DNA of 56,735 nucleotides from positions 1 through 56,735 of the forward strand of contig DASYZS010000001.1 of NCBI GenBank assembly GCA_035945895.1. Direction: 5' to 3'. Both the position numbers and the translations under genes were made by a program. Below the pieces are notes generated by a model. It was not told the origin of the DNA and did no database searches. It saw only the letters and a list, made by a program, of their open reading frames with translations. Shown in pieces: positions 1-7,940 of the stretch. Every line of letters starts with the position of its first letter. Position 1 is the stretch's first letter. The stretch comes from Candidatus Dormiibacterota bacterium. Lineage in GTDB: Bacteria > Chloroflexota > Dormibacteria > Dormibacterales > Dormibacteraceae.

Positions 1-831
1 CTCGCCGCCGCCCATCGCGCCGGGAACCTTCAGGACGATCAGCAGCGAAGCCAGGGCAAATAAGTGGTGGATAGGCGTGATGCCGTCCCGCTCGAGCCCA
101 AATCCAATGGACAGGACGAACAGCTGAGCCGGTTGCATCAACAGGTTGGTCGTGAAATGCGACATCCACATCTTCGAGACGTGGTTCGTCTCGGGCAGCA
201 TGAACAGCAGCGCCGCGATCGGCGCGGTGATGGCGAGCACGATGAGGATCGCGTATCGAAGCACGTAGGAGACGGCGAGCACGCCAAAGCCGGCGGCGAG
301 AGCGGCTGTCGTGATCAGCTCCCAGGTCCCAGCGTTGGGATCGTGGTTGTAGCTCGCGACGAAGCTGGCGGCAAAACTCCCGAGGTCGTATTGAGCATTG
401 AGGTTGTGCGCCGCGGTCGAGAGCACGTTGCTCGCGCCGATGCACATCTGGATCATCGGCAGGGCGAAGTTGATGAGCACCGCGGCCATGAACAAGCGAG
501 GGAGGAGGATTCGGGCCGTGTACTGCGTGAACAGGCCGTGGCCCCACATGATCCGGTAGGCGGCCCAAAGCGCGACCAGCGCCAGCGCCGCATCCGCCAC
601 GACCTGCACCTTCGGCTCGAAGGCCTGGATCGTCTTGTTGTTGACGAAGTCGCCGCCACCCGACTCGAGGTCGGTGGTGGTGAGGACGAACCGATACCAG
701 ACGTTGAGCAGCAGGCCGATGCTGTCGTCGAGGATCTTGGCCAGCACCAGGTTCGGATGGACGAGCGTGTACAGGTAGCCGTCGATCCGGCTCAGCTCGA
801 GGTAGAGCTGCTGCAGGAAACTGAGGTCCAT
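1..831 (-). CDS. TrbL/VirB6-like polytopic membrane protein (5' part; the ORF runs off the left edge)
   Basis: My own minus-strand translation from ATG 831-829 (not in the ORF track because there is no stop in the window) reads MDLSFLQQLYLELSRIDGYLYTLVHPNLV... It has several hydrophobic helices (LFMAAVLINFALPMIQMCIG, AILIVLAITAPIAALLFML) and high GC3. It starts 3 nt after the VirB2-like gene. The family call is by resemblance only. Confidence 0.5.
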   Translation of the reverse strand, partial: MDLSFLQQLYLELSRIDGYLYTLVHPNLVLAKILDDSIGLLLNVWYRFVLTTTDLESGGGDFVNNKTIQAFEPKVQVVADAALALVALWAAYRIMWGHGLFTQYTARILLPRLFMAAVLINFALPMIQMCIGASNVLSTAAHNLNAQYDLGSFAASFVASYNHDPNAGTWELITTAALAAGFGVLAVSYVLRYAILIVLAITAPIAALLFMLPETNHVSKMWMSHFTTNLLMQPAQLFVLSIGFGLERDGITPIHHLFALASLLIVLKVPGAMGGGE

Positions 832-834
832 CGC

Positions 835-1104
835 TCAGCGGGTCGGCACAGAGCTCGTGAGGATGCTGACCAGCGAGCTCGCGACCTCGACGCCGATCGT
901 GCCGACGACGATGCGCTGGATCCACTGCTTGGCGGCGAGAGCGGACTTGGACTCGACCGCGGTGATCTTCCAGATGAACGCGAAGATGAACGCCAGCGCG
1001 CCAATCGACCCGACGAGTGCCTGGCCGATGTGAATCCAGGTGTTGATGAGGTTGGTGATGGGCGTGATGTCAGGGTCGGCAAGAAAAGCAGTGAGAAACA
1101 GCAT
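835..1104 (-). CDS. small two-helix membrane protein, TrbC/VirB2 (T4SS pilin)-like
   Basis: 89-aa ORF with GGAGG (1110-1114, minus sense) 5 nt upstream of the ATG. A short hydrophobic N-terminus is followed by two long helices (ALVGSIGALAFIFAFIW, IVVGTIGVEVASSLVSIL) separated by a polar loop. Confidence 0.4.
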   Translation of the reverse strand: MLFLTAFLADPDITPITNLINTWIHIGQALVGSIGALAFIFAFIWKITAVESKSALAAKQWIQRIVVGTIGVEVASSLVSILTSSVPTR

Positions 1105-1166
1105 TGGCGCCTCCAGCCTTTTCGCGGCACGCTACGCACCGCGGAAGCGCAAGGGAACTGTGGGTG

Positions 1167-2339
1167 TTAAGACCGGCCCTTCACGCGCGCCTCGATGCCA
1201 TCGAGAAGGATGTCGAGCGCGGACGCCGGGTTGCCTTTGGAGCGCGGTGTCGCCGGCGTCGCTGCGGTCGTGTCGGGCGCGGACGTCCTTGGCGCGTAGC
1301 TGTCGAGCTTGATGTCGACCACGCCGCTGCTCACTTCGAGCTCGTAGCGATCGCGCGCCCCGAGCGCGCCGTCGCTCTGCCAGTGCACGTCCAGCACTGC
1401 AACCTTGGTCGAGTAGTCGTCGAGCTTCAGCTTCCACGTGCCGGTGTGAACGTGCGCGACCACCGCGGCTCCCCGCTCGCGATGCAGGCTCACATTGACC
1501 ACTCCGCTGGAAATGTGAACGGGGACCACGCCTCGCGGCGCCGGCAGAAAGCCCTCGACGTTCGCGGCGCCACTGTCGATCCAGATCTCCCGCACGTCGA
1601 TGCCGGCCAGGTCGAGGACGGTGTTCCACGTCGGGGCCTGCACCTTGAATGTCCACGGCCGACGCGGGTTGAGCTCGAGCTCTCCACGACCCACGCCGCG
1701 CAGCCTGCGCACGACGACGTGCTCGCCGCGAACAACAGCCGGTGCCGCGCCTCCCTGATCGGGCGGCACGCGGATCAGGCCCTGCATGTCGGGATCGCCC
1801 GCGCGAAGAATCACCCCTCGCGAGCCGCTGTCGATCCAGATCGACGCGGGCTCGCCCGAGCCGGCCCGCTCGACCGCGGGCTCGCCGGAAGCCGCCCGCC
1901 CGGCGATCACATAGGTCATGAGCATCAGGGCCGTGTCTGCCGCCTCGGCAGGCTGCAAGCCGGCGGCCCCAAGCTGCCCCTCGACCTGATGGAAGATGTC
2001 GCTGCGGCGGACCGCCTCGGGAACCTCGAGCAGGATCCGGTCCGCGTCCTTGTGGGCGGCGACCGCCCGCCCCAGCGCCGCGCAGGCCGCCAGCACGTTC
2101 TGCCGCCAGCCCGATCCGCGCCCGGTCACCCGCACCGAGCTCAGGATCGACTCAGCCACCAGGTCGAGCAGCTCGCGCCGGTCGCGGACGTGCCAGTAGA
2201 GGGAGGCGGCCTTCACCTCCAGCCTGTCGGCCAGGGCACGCATCGACAGCCCCTCCAGGCCCTCCTCGTTCACGAGGGCTAGCGCGGCCTCCACCAGGCG
2301 CTCTCGGGTGACGCGTTGCTTCTCCTCTTCCGGGCTCAT
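1167..2339 (-). CDS. TetR-family regulator fused to a ~215-aa C-terminal beta-repeat domain (DUF4097/LiaF toast-rack-like)
   Basis: Real start is the internal ATG at 2339 (MSPEEEKQRVTRERLVEAALALVNEEGLEGLSMRALADRLEVKAASLYWHV, a TetR HTH). The 533-aa track ORF is an upstream extension that overlaps the divergent methyltransferase gene. The C-terminal half has repeated strand motifs: IWIDSGSRGVILRAG, IWIDSGAANVEGF, VHISSGVVNVSL, LEVSSGVVDIKL. Confidence 0.8.
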   Translation of the reverse strand: MSPEEEKQRVTRERLVEAALALVNEEGLEGLSMRALADRLEVKAASLYWHVRDRRELLDLVAESILSSVRVTGRGSGWRQNVLAACAALGRAVAAHKDADRILLEVPEAVRRSDIFHQVEGQLGAAGLQPAEAADTALMLMTYVIAGRAASGEPAVERAGSGEPASIWIDSGSRGVILRAGDPDMQGLIRVPPDQGGAAPAVVRGEHVVVRRLRGVGRGELELNPRRPWTFKVQAPTWNTVLDLAGIDVREIWIDSGAANVEGFLPAPRGVVPVHISSGVVNVSLHRERGAAVVAHVHTGTWKLKLDDYSTKVAVLDVHWQSDGALGARDRYELEVSSGVVDIKLDSYAPRTSAPDTTAATPATPRSKGNPASALDILLDGIEARVKGRS

Positions 2340-2387
2340 CAGTTCCACGGCGAATTCTCCTCTAGAACTTGTAGAGACGCTTGCATT

Positions 2388-2402
2388 CCTAACACTGTTA
2401 GG
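2388..2402. promoter_or_regulatory. palindromic operator candidate 1 (CCTAACA-C-TGTTAGG)
   Basis: Perfect 7+7 inverted repeat in the 117-bp divergent spacer between the TetR gene and the methyltransferase-DUF998-MFS genes. Confidence 0.6.
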
Positions 2403-2423
2403 GGTAATCTTACCACCGGCATG

Positions 2424-2438
2424 CCTAACAGCGTTAGG
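2424..2438. promoter_or_regulatory. palindromic operator candidate 2 (CCTAAC-AGC-GTTAGG)
   Basis: Second copy of the same half-sites, 36 bp centre-to-centre from the first. It lies just upstream of the AAGGAGA RBS (2444-2450) of the methyltransferase gene. Confidence 0.6.
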
Positions 2439-2456
2439 GAACAAAGGAGAATCGAA

Positions 2457-3143
2457 ATGGAGATCACCGAAACCAGGCGTTGGCGTTTCAAGGGGCCCGA
2501 GATGGAGGGGCCCGTCGCGCGGTGGTACGCGCGACTGCGCGGTACGGACAGCCAGCTCGCTGTCTACCGCAAGCAGGCTCGGCAGTTGACCGCCGGGCTG
2601 TCGAAAGGCGCGCGGGTGCTCGAGATCGCCCCCGGACCGGGGTACCTGGCGATCGAGATCGCTCGCATCGGCGATTTTTCCGTGACCGGGCTCGACATCA
2701 GCCGGACGTTCGTCGAGATCGCTCGGGACCAGGCCCGCAAGGCTGGAGTCGCAGTTGACTTCCGGCAAGGCGATGTGGCCCGAATGCCCTTCGACTCAGG
2801 GTCGTTCGACCTCGTCGTATGCCAGGCGGCCTTCAAGAACTTCACGCTGCCCCGTAGTGCGCTCGCCGAGATGCATCGCGTCCTGCGGCCGGGCGGGACT
2901 GCGGTGATCCAGGACATGAGCCATGAGGCGACCCACGCGGACATCGCACACGAGGTCGACTCCATGAAGCTCGATGCCTTCCGCTCGTTCACGACCAGGG
3001 CGACGCTCGAAATGTTGAAGCGCCGCGCCTACTCATCGGAACAGTTCGAGCGCCTCGCCGCCGCCAGTCCATTTCGCGAGTGCAACATCGCGACCGAAGG
3101 CATCGGCCTCGAGGTGAGGCTGACGAAGGAGACCTATCGATGA
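2457..3143 (+). CDS. class I SAM-dependent methyltransferase
   Basis: ATG at 2457 is preceded by AAGGAGA. Motif I is VLEIAPGPGYL, and PGGTAVIQD is also present. The earlier track start at 2316 would overlap the TetR gene. Confidence 0.85.
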   Translation: MEITETRRWRFKGPEMEGPVARWYARLRGTDSQLAVYRKQARQLTAGLSKGARVLEIAPGPGYLAIEIARIGDFSVTGLDISRTFVEIARDQARKAGVAVDFRQGDVARMPFDSGSFDLVVCQAAFKNFTLPRSALAEMHRVLRPGGTAVIQDMSHEATHADIAHEVDSMKLDAFRSFTTRATLEMLKRRAYSSEQFERLAAASPFRECNIATEGIGLEVRLTKETYR

Positions 3144-3832
3144 TCTCGCGACCGCGTGACCTTCCATTGGAGCTTGGGGCTGTCCTGAGCCCGATCTCTT
3201 TGACAGCGACCTGGCTGGTCCTCGGGTTCGTGAGCCCCGGCTATGACCTCTGGGGTGTCCACGTGGCGCCTTACTCAGCCATCAGCCAACCGATCAGCGG
3301 ACTTGGCCTCGGCCCGACCGGACCGTTCATGAACTCGGTGTTCGTCATCACCGGGCTCATGCTTGTCACGGGTGCCATCGGGATCTTTCAACAGATTCCC
3401 GGGCTTACACCTCGCGTGCGGTGGCTCGCAACCTTTCTGCTCTCGCTCCCGGGGGTCGGAAGCGTGATCGACGGCATCTTCACGTTCGACCACATGCTTC
3501 CCCACCTCGCCGGCTTTCTGCTGGTGATGGCCACCGTGGTCGGCTTCCCCGTCGCCGGCTGGTCACTGCGGCGATTGCCCGAGTGGCGCGCACTCGGCGC
3601 CGGGTTGATCGCAGCCGGACCGCTCACGCTTGCCCTCATCCTCCTCTATTTCCTCACATTCACGCCGACCATCCAGGGCATTCAGACCGGCGTGGCCGGT
3701 CTGACGGAACGGATCGCCGTGCTCGAGATCGGTGCCTGGTACGTCGCGTTGGGCTGGATCACATTCAGCAAGCGCAATCAGTCAGACCGCAAGCCCCGTC
3801 AGGCGACCAACCCGCGACCCACGGAAGCATGA
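3140..3832 (+). CDS. DUF998-like integral membrane protein
   Basis: ATGA overlap with the methyltransferase stop. About six hydrophobic helices. Paralogous to 53187-53834. Confidence 0.65.
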   Translation: MISRPRDLPLELGAVLSPISLTATWLVLGFVSPGYDLWGVHVAPYSAISQPISGLGLGPTGPFMNSVFVITGLMLVTGAIGIFQQIPGLTPRVRWLATFLLSLPGVGSVIDGIFTFDHMLPHLAGFLLVMATVVGFPVAGWSLRRLPEWRALGAGLIAAGPLTLALILLYFLTFTPTIQGIQTGVAGLTERIAVLEIGAWYVALGWITFSKRNQSDRKPRQATNPRPTEA

Positions 3833-3865
3833 CGGCATCCCCATTGATCTAAGGAGAGAATTTCA

Positions 3866-5461
3866 ATGACGACCGTTCGCAACCATCCGATGGCAGCGCT
3901 GAGCGTTCTCGTGCTCGGCCTCTTCATGACCCTGCTCGACCTGACCATCGTCAACATCGCGATCCCGTCGATCCTCGACGGACTTCACGCGAGCCTCGAC
4001 CAGGTGCTGTGGGTCCTCAACGCCTACAGCCTGGCCTACGCCGTCCTTCTCATCACGTCGGCGAGGCTCGGCGACATATACGGACCGCGCAACCTCTTTG
4101 CGGTGGGCGTCGTGATCTTCACGATCGCATCAGGGTTCAGCGCGCTCGCGCAGGACCCGACGGAGCTAATCGTCTCTCGCGCTCTTCAGGGCCTGGGGGC
4201 CGCGGTGCTCGCACCGCAGGGCATGCCGCTGATGATGTCGCTCTTTCCAGTGGACAAGAGAGGCGGCGTCTTCGCCATCTATGGGGTGATCGCGGGCCTT
4301 GCGGTCATCGCGGGACCGACCGTCGGTGGTTTTCTCGTCACGCACTTCGGCTGGCGCTCGATCTTCACCGTCAATCTTCCGATCGGCGTCATCACCTTTG
4401 CGCTCGCGATGCTGCTGATCCCCGACCTGCGCCCGGGCCGAAAGCACCGGCTAGACCTCGCCGGCGTCGCGCTTGCGACCGCCGGGCTGTTGGGCGTCAT
4501 CTTCGGCCTCATCGAGGGCCAGCGCTATGACTGGGGTGTGGTCACCGGAGGGATCACCATCCCGGACATCATCGGCGCAGGCGTAGTGCTGCTCGCTGCG
4601 TTCCTCTACTACCAGTTCCGCCGGCAGGATGCCGAGCCGTTGCTGCCGTTCGCCGTCTTCAAGGACCGCAACTTCACGTTGATGACATTCGTCATGGCCA
4701 CGATGGGGTTCGCGATCCTCGGCCTTTACCTGCCGCTAACGATCTATCTGCAGTCGGTGCTCGGTCTGAGCGCGATCGACGCGGGGTTGACCATCGCCCT
4801 GCAGCCCCTGGCGATGATGGTCTCGTCCGGATTCGCGAGCACACTGGTGCAGAAGGTCAACGGCAAGTACCTGTTGATTCCGGGCCTGCTCATGCTCGCC
4901 GCCGGGAGTGGCTATATCGATTGGGCCGCCCACGCCAACTCGAGTCGCTGGGACTTCGCACCCGGGCTCATCCTTAGCGGGCTGGGCATGGGCTGCATCT
5001 GGACGCCGGTGTTCAGCATCGCGACCCGCGACCTGCCGACCCACCTCGCCGGCGTGGCGTCGGGCATCATCAACACCATCCAGGAGCTTGGCGGGGTGAT
5101 CGCCAGCGCGGCCGTTGGGGCCTTCCTTCAGAACCGCCTGGCCCTTGCGCTGCACGACCGGGCCGTGGCGGCGTCCGGCCAGCTGCCTGAGCAGTACCGC
5201 GCGCAGTTTGTCAACGGTTTCAGCAACGCGGCGCACACCGGTTTCGAGGTGGGCGCGGGCCAGAGCGGCGCCGCCGTGAGCCTGCCGGCCCAGGTCGCGG
5301 CGATCGCGCATGGCGTCTTCACCAACGCGTTCGTGGATGCGATGCACCCGGCCCTGCTGCTCCCGATCGCATGCCTCGTCGCCGCCGCGATCACCGCCAC
5401 GTTCGTCCGCGGTCCGCGCCCGGAGCTGGCCGTCGAGGAACTGGAAGCGGCCGTGGCCTAA
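3866..5461 (+). CDS. MFS drug:H+ antiporter, DHA2 (EmrB/QacA, 14-TMS) type
   Basis: 531 aa, with AAGGAGAG RBS. MFS motifs include LGDIYGPRN, and the length and helix count fit a 14-TMS transporter. Confidence 0.9.
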   Translation: MTTVRNHPMAALSVLVLGLFMTLLDLTIVNIAIPSILDGLHASLDQVLWVLNAYSLAYAVLLITSARLGDIYGPRNLFAVGVVIFTIASGFSALAQDPTELIVSRALQGLGAAVLAPQGMPLMMSLFPVDKRGGVFAIYGVIAGLAVIAGPTVGGFLVTHFGWRSIFTVNLPIGVITFALAMLLIPDLRPGRKHRLDLAGVALATAGLLGVIFGLIEGQRYDWGVVTGGITIPDIIGAGVVLLAAFLYYQFRRQDAEPLLPFAVFKDRNFTLMTFVMATMGFAILGLYLPLTIYLQSVLGLSAIDAGLTIALQPLAMMVSSGFASTLVQKVNGKYLLIPGLLMLAAGSGYIDWAAHANSSRWDFAPGLILSGLGMGCIWTPVFSIATRDLPTHLAGVASGIINTIQELGGVIASAAVGAFLQNRLALALHDRAVAASGQLPEQYRAQFVNGFSNAAHTGFEVGAGQSGAAVSLPAQVAAIAHGVFTNAFVDAMHPALLLPIACLVAAAITATFVRGPRPELAVEELEAAVA

Positions 5462-5472
5462 CCTTTTGATTC

Positions 5473-6903
5473 GTGGCGAAGAAGCTCGCCGAGTACGAAG
5501 CCAAACGGGACTTCAAGAAGACTCCGGAACCAGGCGCTCGCGTGCCCAAAAAGGCAACGCGGGCGCCCCGCTTTGTCGTCCAGGAGCACCATGCGCGAAG
5601 GCTCCACTGGGACTTCCGGCTCGAGAAGGACGGGGTCGGAGTTTCGTGGGCCGTCCCCAAGGGCATCCCGCCCGACCCTAAGAAGAATCACCTCGCGGTC
5701 CATGTCGAAGACCACCCGCTCGGGTACTTCAAGTTCGCAGGCGAGATCCCCAAGGGCGAGTACGGCGGCGGCCAGGTCCTCATCTGGGATCAAGGGACCT
5801 ACGACCCGATCAAGTGGAGCGACCGCGAGGTCATGATCGACCTGCACGGCACGCGGCTTCAGGGCCGCTACGTGCTTTTCCAGACGCGCGGCAACGATTG
5901 GATGATCCACCGCATGGACCCGCCGCAGGATCCCGAGCGCCAGGCGATGCCCGAGCGCATCGAGCCCATGCTCGCCAAGCTCGAGACCAGGCTGCCGGCA
6001 CCCGACGAGGCGTACGGGTTCGAGTTCAAGTGGGACGGAATCCGTGCGGTCGCGTACGTGGACGGCGGGCGCGTCCGGCTGCAGAGCCGGACGGGCGAGG
6101 ACATCACGCCGCGCTATCCCGAGATCCACCCGATGGGTCGCGCGCTGGGGTCGGCGGAGGTGATCCTCGACGGCGAGATCGTCGCGCTCGACGCCAGGGG
6201 CCGTCCGAGCTTCGAGGAGATCCAGCAGCGGATGGGCCTGACCGCCGAGAACGAGATCCGCCGCAAGATGAAGGAAGTGCCCGTCACCTACATGGTCTTC
6301 GACCTCATGTGGCGCGACGGCCACTCGATCATGGATCAGCCGTACGTCGACCGGCGCAAAGCTCTCGCTTCCCTGATGCTGAGCGGCCCCTCGTGGCAGA
6401 CACCTCCATTTGAAAAGGGCGGCGGCGCGTCGATGAAGGACGCGAGCGCGAAGGGCGGTCTCGAGGGCGTCATGGCCAAGAAGCTCGACTCGCGATACGA
6501 GCCAGGGCGAAGGAGCGGCGTGTGGCAGAAGATCAAGAACCACGATCGCCAGGAGCTCGTGATCGGCGGCTGGCTCGACGGTGAGGGCAAGCGCCAGGGC
6601 TACCCGGGCTCGCTGCTGGTCGGGTACTACAAGGACCGCAAGTTCGTCTACGCGGGCAAGGTCGGCACCGGGTTCACGGACAGGACGCTGGATGACCTCA
6701 ACGCCAATCTCAAACCGCTGGCGATCGACAAGAGCCCATTCGACGTCGGAGCGCCACCGCGGGCCGCGCACTTCGTGAAGCCCAAGGTCGTGGCTGAGTT
6801 CGAGTTCGTCGAGTGGACGCGCGGCGGGCAGCTGCGCGCACCGTCGTTCAAGGGATTTCGGCTCGACAAACCCGCGAAGGAGGTGGTGCGCGAAGGTGGC
6901 TAA
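5473..6903 (+). CDS. ligD: LigD 3'-phosphoesterase domain fused to the ATP-dependent DNA ligase domain
   Basis: GTG start. The PE domain shows FVVQEHHARRLHWDFRLE. The ligase shows the adenylation lysine motif FEFKWDGIR, plus EGVMAKK and WQKIK. Confidence 0.9.
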   Translation: MAKKLAEYEAKRDFKKTPEPGARVPKKATRAPRFVVQEHHARRLHWDFRLEKDGVGVSWAVPKGIPPDPKKNHLAVHVEDHPLGYFKFAGEIPKGEYGGGQVLIWDQGTYDPIKWSDREVMIDLHGTRLQGRYVLFQTRGNDWMIHRMDPPQDPERQAMPERIEPMLAKLETRLPAPDEAYGFEFKWDGIRAVAYVDGGRVRLQSRTGEDITPRYPEIHPMGRALGSAEVILDGEIVALDARGRPSFEEIQQRMGLTAENEIRRKMKEVPVTYMVFDLMWRDGHSIMDQPYVDRRKALASLMLSGPSWQTPPFEKGGGASMKDASAKGGLEGVMAKKLDSRYEPGRRSGVWQKIKNHDRQELVIGGWLDGEGKRQGYPGSLLVGYYKDRKFVYAGKVGTGFTDRTLDDLNANLKPLAIDKSPFDVGAPPRAAHFVKPKVVAEFEFVEWTRGGQLRAPSFKGFRLDKPAKEVVREGG

Positions 6904-7921
6904 GGAGACGTCAGTCGAGGTGCAGGTCGAGGGCCGCACGGTCAAGCTCACCAATCTCGACAAGGTGCTCTACCCCGACGTCGGGTTCACCAAGTCGCAG
7001 GTCATCGACTACTACACGCGGATTGCGCCGATCCTCCTGCCTCACGCGCGCAACCACCCGCTGACGCTCAAGCGCTACCCCAACGGCGTGTACGGCGAAT
7101 TCTTCTACGAGAAGAACTGTCCGAAGCACCGGCCACCGTGGGTGCAGACCGCGACGGTTTGGAGCGGAGGCAACAACCGCGACATGTACTACTGCCTCTG
7201 CCAGGACCTCCCCACCCTCGTGTGGCTCGCGAACCTGGCGACGCTCGAGATGCACACGTCCCTTTCCTACGGCGACGATCTGCCCACCCCACGCACGCTC
7301 GTCTTCGACCTCGACCCAGGCCCTCCGGCCACCATCGTCGAGTGCTGCCGCGTGGGCATGTTGCTACGCGACATCTTTGCCGAGCACGGCCTCGAGTCCT
7401 ACGCCAAGACCTCGGGCTCGAAGGGCCTTCAGCTCTACGTGCCACTCAACACAAAGGTGGGCTACGAGGAGACGAAGGTAGTGTCCAAGGGCCTCGCCCA
7501 GCTCTTCGAGGAGAAGTATCCGGAGCTTGCGGTGCACAAGCAGCTCAAGGAGCTTCGCACCGGCAAGGTGCTGATCGACTGGAGCCAGAACGACCAGTAC
7601 AAGACGACGATCAACGTCTACTCGCTGCGAGCACGCAAGCGGCCCACGGTCTCGACGCCCGTGTCCTGGGATGAGGTCGAGAAGTGTCTCAAGGCCAAAG
7701 ACCCCGAGGTCCTCGTCTTCGATTCAGAGCAGGTGCTGAAGAGAGTCGACAAGCTGGGAGACCTCTTCGAGCCGGTCCTCAAGAAGAAGCAGAAGCTTCC
7801 CAGGTCGCTGATCGAGGCGACAGGCGGTAAGGGCGCGCTCGAGAAGATGGCGAACAGGCGGCACGGGGGCGGTCGCGGCCGCTATCCACCGCAGAAAGGC
7901 CAGCGCAACGTCCCCACCTAG
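6896..7921 (+). CDS. LigD polymerase/primase-domain protein (stand-alone NHEJ PolDom)
   Basis: GTG start overlaps the ligase stop by 8 nt. Motifs: LTNLDKVLYP, LVFDLDP, KTSGSKGLQLYVPL. It ends in a basic C-terminal tail. Confidence 0.9.
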   Translation: MAKETSVEVQVEGRTVKLTNLDKVLYPDVGFTKSQVIDYYTRIAPILLPHARNHPLTLKRYPNGVYGEFFYEKNCPKHRPPWVQTATVWSGGNNRDMYYCLCQDLPTLVWLANLATLEMHTSLSYGDDLPTPRTLVFDLDPGPPATIVECCRVGMLLRDIFAEHGLESYAKTSGSKGLQLYVPLNTKVGYEETKVVSKGLAQLFEEKYPELAVHKQLKELRTGKVLIDWSQNDQYKTTINVYSLRARKRPTVSTPVSWDEVEKCLKAKDPEVLVFDSEQVLKRVDKLGDLFEPVLKKKQKLPRSLIEATGGKGALEKMANRRHGGGRGRYPPQKGQRNVPT

Positions 7922-7940
7922 CGCATCGACCCGCCCGCGG

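Noticed and set aside
64-1170. 368-aa + strand ORF covering the left edge
   Set aside because: It is Arg/Asp/Glu/His-rich with no motifs. It is the antisense shadow of the VirB6-like and VirB2-like genes, which show membrane-protein sequence and proper RBS and coupling.
2340-2768. N-terminal 143-aa extension of the TetR ORF (track start 2768)
   Set aside because: The extension has no TetR homology and overlaps the divergent methyltransferase gene and both operator palindromes. The internal ATG at 2339 gives a canonical TetR N-terminus.
6885-6910. LigD junction read as a frameshifted pseudogene
   Set aside because: This is not excluded, but the break falls exactly at the Lig/Pol domain boundary, with a clean GTG start overlapping the stop. 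Stand-alone PolDom genes are known, so I annotate two genes and flag the junction for read-level checking.
5458-6963. 501-aa minus-strand ORF
   Set aside because: It is antisense to ligD, which has unambiguous phosphoesterase and ligase motifs. The composition is typical of GC-rich shadow ORFs.
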